Positions 28,732-38,906 of a DNA stretch of 64,000 nt are shown here, piece after piece. Made by a program: the position numbers and the translations under genes. Within the stretch, counting starts at the first letter, position 1. Each line of letters starts with the position of its first letter. Origin of the DNA: Candidatus Multivoradales bacterium (lineage in GTDB: Bacteria; Acidobacteriota; Thermoanaerobaculia; Multivoradales; JAHEKO01); the NCBI GenBank assembly GCA_965248055.1, contig CBDFIJ010000004.1, forward strand, positions 416,001 to 480,000, given 5' to 3'. The notes under the pieces were generated by a model. It was not told the origin of the DNA. It saw only the letters and a list, made by a program, of their open reading frames with translations, and ran no database searches.

Positions 28732-29781
28732 ATGTACCAACCAAACCTAGACAACTCCCATCACCAGGTCATCGACCTGAGAAGCGACACCGTTACCAAG
28801 CCCTCTCCGGGTATGCGTTCAGCGATGGCAGGAGCGGAGGTGGGGGACGACGTTTACGGCGAGGATCCGACGGTCTTAGCCCTTGAACAACGGGTAGCGG
28901 AACTGTGCAAAAAGGAAGCGGGGCTTTTCCTTCCTTCCGGCACCCAAAGCAATCTGGTGGCCCTTTTGACCCACTGTGGGCGCGGAGAGGAAGTCTTGGT
29001 CGGCGACACTTACCACAGCTACACCTTTGAATCGGGCGGTGCTTCCGCGTTGGGCGGCATCGTCCTTTGGCCGTTGGCGACTGACGACAACGGCGGATTG
29101 ACTCCTGACCAAGTCAAAGCAGCGATCAAACCCGACCATACCTGGTTTGCCAAGACCAAATTGCTGGCTCTCGAGAACACCGTTTGGGGACAGGTGCAAT
29201 CGGTAGAACTGATCCACGAATTGTCCGCAACCGCTCACGCCCAGAACCTCTCGGTACATCTGGACGGGGCACGGGTGTGGCATGCCGCGGTCGCTTTGGG
29301 GGTGCCCGTGGCTGAGATCACCAAGTCGGTCGACAGCGTATCCACCTGCCTGTCCAAAGGACTGGGGGCACCGGCGGGCTCGGTTCTGTGCGGTTCTAAG
29401 CCTTTCATCCGCCAGGCACAACGGGCCCGCAAGGTGCTTGGCGGCGGAATGCGCCAAGTCGGAGTCCTAGCAGCCTGCGGCTTGTACGCCTTGGACCATA
29501 ACCTTCCACGCCTCAACCAAGATCATGCGAAGGCGAGCAAGCTAGCCGCAGGCCTCCGCGATATTCCGAATCTCAAAGTACACAGTGGTGACACCAACAT
29601 GATCTTTCTCGAGCCAACCGAGAATGACCGTCAGGCCCTGGTTCAATCTCTGGCCAGTGCCGGAATTCTGGTGGGGCCACCTGAGCAGAAGATTCGCGTC
29701 GTGGCACATCTGGACATCGCGACCGACGACATCAGCCACGTGGTTGAGCAGATCCGAGACTTTTACCGGCAGGCGCCGTAA
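28732..29781 (+). CDS. ltaE: Low-specificity L-threonine aldolase
   Basis: IDLRSDTVT, GDDVYGED, HLDGAR, CLSKGLGAPAGS, GGGMRQ. Confidence 0.95.
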   Translation: MYQPNLDNSHHQVIDLRSDTVTKPSPGMRSAMAGAEVGDDVYGEDPTVLALEQRVAELCKKEAGLFLPSGTQSNLVALLTHCGRGEEVLVGDTYHSYTFESGGASALGGIVLWPLATDDNGGLTPDQVKAAIKPDHTWFAKTKLLALENTVWGQVQSVELIHELSATAHAQNLSVHLDGARVWHAAVALGVPVAEITKSVDSVSTCLSKGLGAPAGSVLCGSKPFIRQAQRARKVLGGGMRQVGVLAACGLYALDHNLPRLNQDHAKASKLAAGLRDIPNLKVHSGDTNMIFLEPTENDRQALVQSLASAGILVGPPEQKIRVVAHLDIATDDISHVVEQIRDFYRQAP

Positions 29782-29967
29782 CACAGACCGAACCGACGGG
29801 CATCGATAGTCACGACAACGGCTCGCTTAGCCCGGGAGAAGTGACCCCAAACGTTCCACCACCGAAAAAGCATCGTGGACCGTAGAGGCTATCGGTAGGC
29901 TATTGTTGCCGGAGACCTGGGCGGTGCAAGTTGCAACGAAACGGAACCCTTCAGACCAAGTACCATC

Positions 29968-30777
29968 ATGCCGAGAAACCGTGACATCAAAGAACTCTCA
30001 GTAGCAGACCGATATCAGCTCTACCAGAATGCCGTACAGGCTCCCGAAACCGATATCGAGTTCTTTGAAGAGCGATTCATCGAGGCCCACGGCCATCGAC
30101 CGATGCGTCTGCGCGAAGACTTCGCGGGCGCTGCGTTCTTGTCCACCACCTGGGCGACCAGTGACCCGGAACGCTCAGCGCTAGCGGTGGATCTTGACCC
30201 GGAACCAGTGGCCTGGGGTTTCAAACACAACCTGGATCATGGCAACCATCCGGCTGCGGATAGGGTGCAGCAGATCATCGGTGACGTTCGAGAGCCGCAC
30301 GGCGAAGACTTCGACGTGGTTTGCGCCATGAATTTCAGCTTTTGCATTCTGCAAGAGCGGCAAGAACTGCGGGAGTATCTAAAGACTGCATTTTTCTCTT
30401 TGGTGGACGAAGGAGTATTGTTTCTAGAACTCTGCGGCGGCACCGAGGTCATGACCGAAGCCACCGAGGAGCGGGTGATAGAGGGTGGCACCTACATCTG
30501 GGAACAAGCCTCGTTCAATCCGATCAACCACGAACTCACCTGCTATATCCATTTCGTGCTTGAAAATGGAACGCGACTGGATCGAGCTTTCGAGTACACC
30601 TGGCGTCTGTGGAGCATCCCCGAGATCCGCGAGCTGCTCCAAGAAGTCGGCTTCACCAGCAGTGAGGTCTATTGGGAAGCGGTCAACGAAGACGGCGAAG
30701 GCACTGGTGAATACCACAACACCGAGAGCGAACAGAATCAAGAATCGTGGTTGGTTTACATCATCGGCTATCGGTGA
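29968..30777 (+). CDS. Class I SAM-dependent methyltransferase
   Basis: LREDFAG, AVDLD, GDV, AMNFS, WRLWSIPE. Confidence 0.8.
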   Translation: MPRNRDIKELSVADRYQLYQNAVQAPETDIEFFEERFIEAHGHRPMRLREDFAGAAFLSTTWATSDPERSALAVDLDPEPVAWGFKHNLDHGNHPAADRVQQIIGDVREPHGEDFDVVCAMNFSFCILQERQELREYLKTAFFSLVDEGVLFLELCGGTEVMTEATEERVIEGGTYIWEQASFNPINHELTCYIHFVLENGTRLDRAFEYTWRLWSIPEIRELLQEVGFTSSEVYWEAVNEDGEGTGEYHNTESEQNQESWLVYIIGYR

Positions 30778-30787
30778 CTTGACGCCC

Positions 30788-31023
30788 ACCCTCCTCGTAG
30801 GGACGAGGTTGACCCCGCCCGCTAGTATCCCTAATGAGCTCCTCAGCCCCGGATGCAATCTACGCCATCGAGATCCCTCGACTCCGGCTTTCGGCCTCCG
30901 CTCAGGATGACCAAACAGTGCCCCACTCCTTGGTGCGGAAACCTGCAAAGGGCGCCTCTACAACAAGACACAGATCACTCCGTGATCCCGGCGAAAGTGC
31001 GGAAAAGGGGCCGGGGTCTGCCC
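30788..31023. repeat. Third mosaic REP-like array
   Basis: GTAGGGACGAGGTTGACCCCGCCC 30797-30820; GAGATCCCTCGAC...GCTCAGGATGAC 30870-30911; CCGTGATCCCGGCG...CCGGGGTCTG 30980-31023. Confidence 0.8.
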
Positions 31024-31098
31024 CCTGGCGAACCCCAATCAACCGTTCCCACCTCAGAAAAGCACTCAATCCAAGTTTCCAGTATCGTTCCGACCATC

Positions 31099-32028
31099 AT
31101 GACCAACCAAGCTTCCTTCCCCACCGACCTTGTTCATTTCCGCCTGGCAGCCCTTGCCGCGACCGTGCTTTTGTCCTTCTCCTGTTCCACGCCCGAAGCG
31201 CCGACGATTGACCCTCAAGCGCATTTGCAGGAGATCGAAACATGGCGGAAGGAGCGGGTGGCAGCACTGAGCAAGCCCAATGGTTGGCCCTCCTTAGTAG
31301 CTCTGCACTGGTTGGAAAAAGATGTTGAAACCTTCGGCTCGTCTGCCGACGCCGATTTGCTCCTTCCAGGAAGCGACGACTCCATCTGGGGAACTTTTGT
31401 CACCACCGGAGGCCAAGTGCAGATGGAAGCGGAGCCGGGCGCTGGAGTCACTCTCGACGGAATTTCGATCGAGCAACTGGAATTGGTTTCCGATGTCGAC
31501 GGTGAGCCGACGATCTTGCAGCGAGGGCCGATTCAGTTCTACTTGATCGATCGCAACGGTGAGTTGGCGATCCGCGCCAAGGACTTGAGTTGGATGGACA
31601 AAGTCGGTCCACCGCATATTGAGTCCTTCCCGATCGACCCCGGCTACCGAGTGAATGCGCGCTGGGTTGCTTACGATCCGCCCAAGCAGATTCCGGTTCT
31701 CAATATTATCGGCCAACGAGCCGACCAGGATTCTCCTGGAGCGATTGAATTTGAGATCGATGGATCCAGCTATCGACTCGATGCGCTATACACCCCGGAG
31801 CGCATGTTCTTGATTGTTGGAGATCAAACCAACGGTGACACCACCTACGGTGCGGGACGTTATCTATACGCGGGTCCGGTCGTCGACGGTCGCGTGACCG
31901 TCGACTTCAACTTGCTCTACAACCCACCGTGTGTGTTTACCGAGTTTGCTACCTGCGAACTGCCACCACGGCAAAACAAACTACCCATTGAGTTGTCGGT
32001 GGGTGAGAAAAACTACAGTGAGCATTGA
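31099..32028 (+). CDS. DUF1684 family lipoprotein
   Basis: DQTNGDTTYGAGRYL, DFNLLYNPPCVFT..TCELPP..N; start ~31099. Confidence 0.9.
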   Translation: MTNQASFPTDLVHFRLAALAATVLLSFSCSTPEAPTIDPQAHLQEIETWRKERVAALSKPNGWPSLVALHWLEKDVETFGSSADADLLLPGSDDSIWGTFVTTGGQVQMEAEPGAGVTLDGISIEQLELVSDVDGEPTILQRGPIQFYLIDRNGELAIRAKDLSWMDKVGPPHIESFPIDPGYRVNARWVAYDPPKQIPVLNIIGQRADQDSPGAIEFEIDGSSYRLDALYTPERMFLIVGDQTNGDTTYGAGRYLYAGPVVDGRVTVDFNLLYNPPCVFTEFATCELPPRQNKLPIELSVGEKNYSEH

Positions 32029-32773
32029 TCGTGGAGCCACAAGTACGCTGGCATTATTTGATATCGACGGTACACTCACACAGACAACAGATATCGACGC
32101 GAGTTGCTTCGCAAATGCGGCTAAGGGTCTGTTCCCGGATATCAAGTTCAGTAACGATTGGACAACCTATTCGGAAGTAACTGACGCGGGGATCGCCGCA
32201 GAAGTGTTTCGACAGCGCCTAGGGCGAAACCCAACCGTCCGTGAATTGGGCAAATTTGAAGATCGCTTCGTCAAATGCTTGGAGGCTTGGATTGTAAAAC
32301 GGCCACAAGTTTGCCAAGCCGTTGCTGGCGCGGTTGCATTGATCGACACACTCAAGGAATCGGACCTACCGATCGCCATTGGGACCGGCGGCTGGCTACG
32401 AAGTGCTCGACTAAAATTGAGTACCGCTGGCATTCCGTGCGACGACATTCCGCTATCCACCTCGACGGACTCCCCAGTAAGAACCGAGATCATGTCGCTC
32501 GCGGTCCAGCGGGCGGCAAACCGGACATCGTTTGACCGAGTGATACTCATCGGCGATGGATTGTGGGATCTCAATACCGCGAACAGCCTAGGCTACGGCT
32601 TCATCGGAATCGACACAGAGCATGACGGCGTTCTGCGCAACGCCGGCGTAGAGGTCGTCTTTACTGACTTTCGAGATACACCTCGGTTCTTGAGAGCTCT
32701 GTCTCAGCCGTTTTTAACTTACGCAGTTTCCGCTGTCTCAAGTATGCCGTGGTGGGGCCTTCTTAGAGTTTAA
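32018..32773 (+). CDS. HAD family hydrolase
   Basis: LFDIDGTL, IGTG, IGDGLWD; GTG start overlapping upstream stop. Confidence 0.87.
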   Translation: MSIDRGATSTLALFDIDGTLTQTTDIDASCFANAAKGLFPDIKFSNDWTTYSEVTDAGIAAEVFRQRLGRNPTVRELGKFEDRFVKCLEAWIVKRPQVCQAVAGAVALIDTLKESDLPIAIGTGGWLRSARLKLSTAGIPCDDIPLSTSTDSPVRTEIMSLAVQRAANRTSFDRVILIGDGLWDLNTANSLGYGFIGIDTEHDGVLRNAGVEVVFTDFRDTPRFLRALSQPFLTYAVSAVSSMPWWGLLRV

Positions 32774-34109
32774 TCTGATACTTCTCGATCTTGGAACTCA
32801 GGGTCTTGACGTCGACTCCTAGGATACGAGCTGCGGGTGCTTTCTTCCCCTTGGTGTGGCCCAGAATTCTCTCAATGTGAATCTTCTCGACGTCGGACAT
32901 CGACGGCGGACTCCCCTCGCTCCAGTCGCTGCCGCCGGGACTTGCCGGTGAAGCGGGTTCGTCGGTCTGAGCTGGCCCAAGAAATTTCGGTGGCAAGTCA
33001 TCAACCATGATCTCTTGGCCAGGTGCCATCAAACATAGTCCTTCGATGGTGTTGGCCAGTTCTCGGACATTCCCAGGCCATGAATACGCGCACAATGCGC
33101 AAAGCCCAGCGGAAGACAAGGTGCGACCGGCGCCACCGTGGCGCGCCAGGAAGCTGTTGATCAGGGCCTTCAGATCTTCTTGCCGTTCGCGGATCGGCGG
33201 AATGGTCAGGGTGATGACCGCCAATCGAAACAGTAGGTCTTCGCGAAATCGCCTATCCTTAACTTCTTCATCCAACGACTTGTTGGTGGCGGCAACGAAT
33301 CGTACATTCACCCGCTCGGTCTTGGTTCCACCCACGCGGCGAAATTCTCCGGTGTCGAGTACGGTCAGCAGCTTGGCCTGCATCGCACTGCCCATGTCGC
33401 CGATTTCGTCGAGAAACAAGGTGCCACCGTCGGCGATCTCAAGCAGTCCATTCTTGCGCACCACGGCCCCGGTAAAGGCACCTTTTTCATGGCCGAAGAG
33501 CTCGCTCTCCAAGAGCGTCTCTTGCAAAGCACTGCAGTTGACCACTACAAAAGGTTGCTCTCGGCGAATACTCGAATCGTGAATCGCGCGTGCAAAAATG
33601 CTTTTGCCGACTCCGGTCTCGCCATTGAGCATCACCGACGCCGAGGACGAGGCAATGCGGGAGATTTTGCTCAACAGCTCCTGAATCGCTGGACTCTCTG
33701 CAATCAATCCGTTGCCGTCTCGACCGACAGTGGTAAACGGCTGCACCTCGGTTCCGTTGGCCCCGTCCCTAGCACTCTGCAGTACATCTGGAGAAAGGGG
33801 GCGGGTCACCGCACCCAATAGAGCGGTATCTTCCAAACCGTTCGGATCTCCCTCGCCGACCACCACCACTTCTTCCCCGCCCGCTGTGCCTCGTAGGACC
33901 CGCACCGAGCCGGTCCCGCCGTCGGCCTTGAAATCAGACACCAGGATCTGGAAATCGTGTTCCGCCAGCTGCTTGGCTAAATCAGTGGCGGCCTGAACGC
34001 TAACCATCACTCCGTCGGCACCGATCGGGCGATCCACCAGCCGACGCCGACCAGTCGAGCCAACTACGGTGACATGCAAAGAATGCTGAGATTGCTTATC
34101 TTCTTCCAT
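32763..34109 (-). CDS. Sigma54-dependent enhancer-binding protein (Fis HTH) with degenerate receiver
   Basis: GETGVGKS, ESELFGHEKGAFTGA, LFLDEIG, WPGNVREL, C-terminal HTH. Confidence 0.95.
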   Translation of the reverse strand: MEEDKQSQHSLHVTVVGSTGRRRLVDRPIGADGVMVSVQAATDLAKQLAEHDFQILVSDFKADGGTGSVRVLRGTAGGEEVVVVGEGDPNGLEDTALLGAVTRPLSPDVLQSARDGANGTEVQPFTTVGRDGNGLIAESPAIQELLSKISRIASSSASVMLNGETGVGKSIFARAIHDSSIRREQPFVVVNCSALQETLLESELFGHEKGAFTGAVVRKNGLLEIADGGTLFLDEIGDMGSAMQAKLLTVLDTGEFRRVGGTKTERVNVRFVAATNKSLDEEVKDRRFREDLLFRLAVITLTIPPIRERQEDLKALINSFLARHGGAGRTLSSAGLCALCAYSWPGNVRELANTIEGLCLMAPGQEIMVDDLPPKFLGPAQTDEPASPASPGGSDWSEGSPPSMSDVEKIHIERILGHTKGKKAPAARILGVDVKTLSSKIEKYQIKL

Positions 34110-34211
34110 AGCGCTGACCTATTATAGGGTTATCTGGGTTCAGGTTCGTTGACCGAATCACCACCGGCAACGCCTAGCGTCCATAGAACCAAACCCAAGC
34201 AAAGTCTTTCA

Positions 34212-36155
34212 ATGCGTACTCCGTTCCAACCCTCGCTGCTGACCAAGATCGTTCTGGCGCTGCTTGCCGTGGGTCTGGTTCCCTTGGCCTGGATTACGGT
34301 GTCGTTGATCAACATCAACAGCAAAGCGATGAATAACCAAGTCCTGAGTTCGCATCTGGTCGCGGCGCAAAGTATCGCCCGCCGACTTGACGCGGAAGTC
34401 GAGCGATACCGAGTTTTGGCATCGGTTGTTGTGGATCACCCTCTAGTGACACAAATCGACGTCTACACGGCTGAGATCCTAACCGGTCTGCTGGTGGAGG
34501 ATTCCTCCATTGTCGCCCTCCGACTCTTGGACCCAGACAACAAACTGGTGGTCGCGGCAACCCAACCAGGGCAAGGAGAAATCGGTTCGTACTTTCCGGT
34601 GAGCCCGGAATCGGTCGCTTGGACGAACTTCGATGACAAGGACTGGTTGGCGATTGTCGTGACATCGCAAAGTGGTACGAAAATTCAGGTGGTCGCCGAC
34701 ACCGATGGTTTCGTTCAGGCGCTCGACCCCGCCGCACTGGGCGACCAAGCCAATGTCTCGATCATTGACCGGCGTGGAACCACCATCGTCGGCAAGAATT
34801 TCTTTGACGGAACCGCTCCGGGAGCGCTTGCTGAAGCAGCTTCTTCCTCCCGTCTATCGGGAGCTGGTGAATTCAAAAATCACAACCAGAGTTCAGTACT
34901 GGCCGCCTACGAATCGATGCGTAGTGCTCCGTGGTTAGTGATATCCAGTCAACCGGTCGCAGTGGCACGCTTGATTTCGCGCCAGATGTGGCAACGCGCG
35001 TGGCTCTTCGGTGGTGCCGCGCTATTGCTGGTGGCCGGAATCTCGGCACTTGCCTATCAACGCTTGGTGCGTCCGATACGCGTGCTGTCTCAACTGCAAG
35101 CACAGATTGCCGGACTCAAGGTTCTGGGTTCGGGCGATGAACTGAACAGTTTGCGCGAGTCGGTCGACAGTTTGCGTGACCGCGCCCGCAATCAACAGGA
35201 GCTCAGTGAAGTTTTTGTTGGCCGCTATCAAGTGATCGAGGTGATTGGTCGAGGCGCAGCCGGCTGGGTGTTTCGTGGCTGGGATCCGGTGCTCAAGCGG
35301 CCGGTGGCGCTCAAGACCGTTCATTTCAACCGAGGCAACCAGGGCTCCACCGAGCGCCTGCTGGCTGAAGCAATTACCGTGGCTCGGTTCAACCATCCCA
35401 ATATTGTGGCGCTTTTTGATGTCATCCACGGCGATGACACCGTTTTCTTGGCAATGGAGCACATTGAAGGAGTGACTGGCTCGGAGATACTCGGGACAAA
35501 GCAACGAAAGCTCAAAGCGCCGGAGATTGTGGCCATTGCAACAGCCGTTGCCGGCGCCCTTTCCGCCGCTCACCGTGAGGGAGTCATCCATCGAGATATC
35601 AAACCCGGTAATCTGCTGTTTGGTTTTGACGATTCGATCAAAGTTACCGACTTTGGCATCGCCACTGCAAAGAGCGTCAAGGAAGGTGCCGCGGTCTACG
35701 GAACCCCAGGCTATGTCGCGCCAGAAATCATTCGAGCCGAGACCGCAGGGCCAGCCTCGGATTTGTTCTCATTTGGAGTACTTCTCTATCTAGCGGCGAC
35801 TGGGGAGAAACCTTTTAGCGGCACTACCGTAGATGAAATATTGCACAACACTCTGGCCGGAGAGGTCATTCCTCCCAAGCTACTCAGTCCGATCCCCGCA
35901 GCCTTGAGCCAAATTATTGAATGTCTTCTAGAAAAAGATACAATTCGTCGATATCAATCCGCTGACCAAGTTGCCAAGGATCTGCGGGATTTGGAGGAGG
36001 CAACAGGGATCGAGTGGGACCTATCCAAGCAACTGGATAGCAAGAGTTTTTCCGATGCGCGTGCTTATTCAAACGATCCTGTTGTTTCAAACGACCCTGC
36101 AGGTTCTCGGCCTGTTGAGCGCCCCGATCTTGGCTCAGGCGGTAGAGAGTCCTAA
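34212..36155 (+). CDS. Membrane Ser/Thr kinase with Cache-like sensor and HAMP-like linker
   Basis: Two TMs flanking ~250 aa; GRGAAG, VALK, HRDIKPGN, DFG, GTPGYVAPE, SDLFSFG. Confidence 0.92.
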   Translation: MRTPFQPSLLTKIVLALLAVGLVPLAWITVSLININSKAMNNQVLSSHLVAAQSIARRLDAEVERYRVLASVVVDHPLVTQIDVYTAEILTGLLVEDSSIVALRLLDPDNKLVVAATQPGQGEIGSYFPVSPESVAWTNFDDKDWLAIVVTSQSGTKIQVVADTDGFVQALDPAALGDQANVSIIDRRGTTIVGKNFFDGTAPGALAEAASSSRLSGAGEFKNHNQSSVLAAYESMRSAPWLVISSQPVAVARLISRQMWQRAWLFGGAALLLVAGISALAYQRLVRPIRVLSQLQAQIAGLKVLGSGDELNSLRESVDSLRDRARNQQELSEVFVGRYQVIEVIGRGAAGWVFRGWDPVLKRPVALKTVHFNRGNQGSTERLLAEAITVARFNHPNIVALFDVIHGDDTVFLAMEHIEGVTGSEILGTKQRKLKAPEIVAIATAVAGALSAAHREGVIHRDIKPGNLLFGFDDSIKVTDFGIATAKSVKEGAAVYGTPGYVAPEIIRAETAGPASDLFSFGVLLYLAATGEKPFSGTTVDEILHNTLAGEVIPPKLLSPIPAALSQIIECLLEKDTIRRYQSADQVAKDLRDLEEATGIEWDLSKQLDSKSFSDARAYSNDPVVSNDPAGSRPVERPDLGSGGRES

Positions 36156-37446
36156 CTGTGCTCCTTCCCAACACTTCGTCGCACCCGGCGCGCCGTTGCA
36201 ATTTGACGTCGGAGAGGGGCGACTTCTTTCCGCTTGGCAGGGCGAAGTGCTCCACGCCAGCAACAGCGATCTGATTGCTCCGCAGGATGGCATCTCATTT
36301 CTCGCCGTCGCGAGTGTTGATCGAGACGGTATTCGCTCCGAAGTTTGCTGGCATCAAATCATCGTCGATACCCAACCACCCGAAGTGACCGCCGTATTTG
36401 ATCCGCTGTCGGTACAAGACAACCAAGGAAAATCCTGGCTAAAACCGGGCGCCGAGTTGGTGGTCCATACCGCCGATCTGGTGAGCGGAGATCCGCATGT
36501 TCAATTGCTTTCTGGGGGAACCGTTCTCGCTGAAGGCACAACTACGCTGCGCCGTACGCTCCCTGCAACCGGCAAGATGGACTTGGAACTAGTGGCTCAC
36601 GATCGGGTAGGAAACCAAGCCCGATTGCGATTGGATCCAGTGGAAATCGACGCTATCCAACCGACCTTGTCCTGGGCCTGGAATGGATATTCCGAGCAAC
36701 GACCCGAGGGGTGGGTGGTCGGACCAAACACCACTCTCAACCTCGTTGCCAACGACGATCAAAGTGGATTGCGAGATCGCGACACGGCACCCGAAGATCC
36801 ACCCTGGTCTTTCACCGATGGACCCGCAGAACAATCGTTCGCAATCACTCGCATGGACCGCGTGGACAACCAGGCGACGCTTGAGACCGGCCCGATCTTG
36901 GTTGACCGTATCCCGCCAAGGGTCTCCAGCACCATTTTGGGCGATTGGGTTGCAGGCGAGGACGGCGATCGGTTTTATGCTGAACCCGTGTCGATCGAGG
37001 TCGCAGCAATCGACAACCTTTCAGGAACGGTATCGGTGCAATTTCTTGACGACGACGGCTCCTGGAAAACGGTGGTGGACTTGGTGGAAGGCGTCAACCA
37101 GTCAGCGCAGATCCAAGCGCGCGATGCTGCGGGCAATCAATCGAGTCATCGGGTCCGCTGGCGCACCGATCGCACTCCTCCTGAGTTGAACATGCTGTGC
37201 AACGAACAGCTGGTCAGTGTGGAAGCAAGGATCGTCACCGGATCGGCTTGCCAGGTTGGGGTGACCGACCCCGGAGGGGTGGGAGTGGAGCGTTGGTCAT
37301 GGTCTCGCACCGGGATCAACGTCCCCCACACCGAGCCACGCATACGTCTTCCCAATCGGGGCAGATTCCACATCGTGGCCAACGCGGTGGATCGCCTAGG
37401 CAACCAGACGGTCAAGGATTGGATCTTGATCGTGGAGGCGCCATGA
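36055..37446 (+). CDS. Secreted Ig-like repeat protein
   Basis: Signal peptide; repeated DxxPP / DxxSG / AxDxxGNQ motifs (about 4-5 repeats). Confidence 0.75.
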   Translation: MRVLIQTILLFQTTLQVLGLLSAPILAQAVESPNCAPSQHFVAPGAPLQFDVGEGRLLSAWQGEVLHASNSDLIAPQDGISFLAVASVDRDGIRSEVCWHQIIVDTQPPEVTAVFDPLSVQDNQGKSWLKPGAELVVHTADLVSGDPHVQLLSGGTVLAEGTTTLRRTLPATGKMDLELVAHDRVGNQARLRLDPVEIDAIQPTLSWAWNGYSEQRPEGWVVGPNTTLNLVANDDQSGLRDRDTAPEDPPWSFTDGPAEQSFAITRMDRVDNQATLETGPILVDRIPPRVSSTILGDWVAGEDGDRFYAEPVSIEVAAIDNLSGTVSVQFLDDDGSWKTVVDLVEGVNQSAQIQARDAAGNQSSHRVRWRTDRTPPELNMLCNEQLVSVEARIVTGSACQVGVTDPGGVGVERWSWSRTGINVPHTEPRIRLPNRGRFHIVANAVDRLGNQTVKDWILIVEAP

Positions 37447-38837
37447 ATCGGCTTCTCGGCTATGCACTAGTCGCGTTCCTGGCACCGCAACTGTTGTTCG
37501 GCCAACCCTCGGACGGACCCCGTACCGGGGACATCACCGGTTGGCACGTGGTGCGCCCAGGAGACACGCTGCAAAAAATCACTGAGGAGTACTTGGGGAC
37601 ACCTCATTTATGGACAGAAAATTTCCGATTGAATCCAGATGTTAAGAACGCCCATTTGTTGCGCATCGGTCAGCGGTTGCGGGTTATCTTGCATCGCGAA
37701 TTGCCACCCCGAACCGCACAGTTGACCCGGGTACACAATCAAGTCGAAGAGTTGCCGGTCCCCAACCCTTGGCAACCGGCTCAAATCGGAGACTTACTGA
37801 AAGAAGAGGATGGAGTCCGGACTCTGGGCAACGGTTCAGCCGAATTGGAATTTGACGACGGCGTCCGGGTGACTCTGAATGAAAACTCCCTGGTCTATCT
37901 GCGACGTATCGATCAAACGTTGCGTACCGGCAAACGGGAATCGATCGAAATCGTTCACGGCCAAGCGGACCTAGCAGCGGTCGCCCAAAATCGATCTGAC
38001 CTGAGTGAAATTGAGATCGTGATGGGGGATGCTGTGAATCGACCACGGCCGGACGACTTGGGCCGCGCGGAGACGCGAGCCCGCTTGGAAGACTCTGGAG
38101 CTGCGCTGATGGTCTACTCTGGGACCGGGGAACTGACCAGTGGAGACCAAGTAATCGAAGTGCCAGCTGGGCTCGGGACGCGGGTTTCAGAAGACGGTTC
38201 GGTGGCGGCACCCACCGAGCTACTGGCAGCACCCTCCCAGCAGAATCCAGCCTCTGGGTCGGTGTTGCCCTATGCCAACCCAGAATTTCATTGGGATTCG
38301 GTCGCCGATGCCGATCACTACCTGTTGGAAATCTGCGCAGACTCCGATTGTGGCACCATCATGACGGTTGCCGAATCTGACCAGACGACCACCGAACTTC
38401 AAGTTCCCACAGGGACTTGGCACTGGCGTGTGCGGGCCATCGATTCAAACGGGCTGGATGGCTTCGCCACTTCGACCCGCAGCCTAGAAATCACTGACGC
38501 TCGACCGGACCGGGTCGCCCCGGCAATTGCCGTCGTCGCCGGTGGCGCCAACGAATCGGCGGACACGCTGCGAGTCGTCAGTGGCGAATCCTTCACGTTG
38601 AGTGCTATCGATGATGTCTCAGGGTTGCAAAATATTCACTATCGATGGAATGAATCCGAGTGGCGATCCATCAGCCCACAGGCCGTCGCCGTGACCGAGA
38701 TCAAACCGCCCGGCCTTGGACAGCACCGCTTGGAGATCGAGGCACAAGATATTCGCGGTAGAAGCAGTCACACCGAGGTTACGGTTTCGGTAGTCGCCGA
38801 ACGCCCGTCCCCCCCAGTCTTTATCTCTGACAGCTAG
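37443..38837 (+). CDS. LysM-FecR-FN3/Ig domain protein
   Basis: Signal peptide; HVVRPGDTL..I LysM; GDLLKEEDGVRT..GSAELEFDDG..LNENS FecR; WHWRVRAIDSNGLDG FN3; ATGA overlap. Confidence 0.87.
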   Translation: MNRLLGYALVAFLAPQLLFGQPSDGPRTGDITGWHVVRPGDTLQKITEEYLGTPHLWTENFRLNPDVKNAHLLRIGQRLRVILHRELPPRTAQLTRVHNQVEELPVPNPWQPAQIGDLLKEEDGVRTLGNGSAELEFDDGVRVTLNENSLVYLRRIDQTLRTGKRESIEIVHGQADLAAVAQNRSDLSEIEIVMGDAVNRPRPDDLGRAETRARLEDSGAALMVYSGTGELTSGDQVIEVPAGLGTRVSEDGSVAAPTELLAAPSQQNPASGSVLPYANPEFHWDSVADADHYLLEICADSDCGTIMTVAESDQTTTELQVPTGTWHWRVRAIDSNGLDGFATSTRSLEITDARPDRVAPAIAVVAGGANESADTLRVVSGESFTLSAIDDVSGLQNIHYRWNESEWRSISPQAVAVTEIKPPGLGQHRLEIEAQDIRGRSSHTEVTVSVVAERPSPPVFISDS

Positions 38838-38906
38838 AGTCTTTCGAACCCGGAATCGAAAACCAGGATCGAAAACGGTTCGATACCAGCGTTCACCAGT
38901 GCTTGG

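Noticed and set aside
34110-34211. Sigma54 promoter for the kinase operon
   Set aside because: Best match CGGCAACGCCTAGC has GG-N9-GC spacing, one base short.
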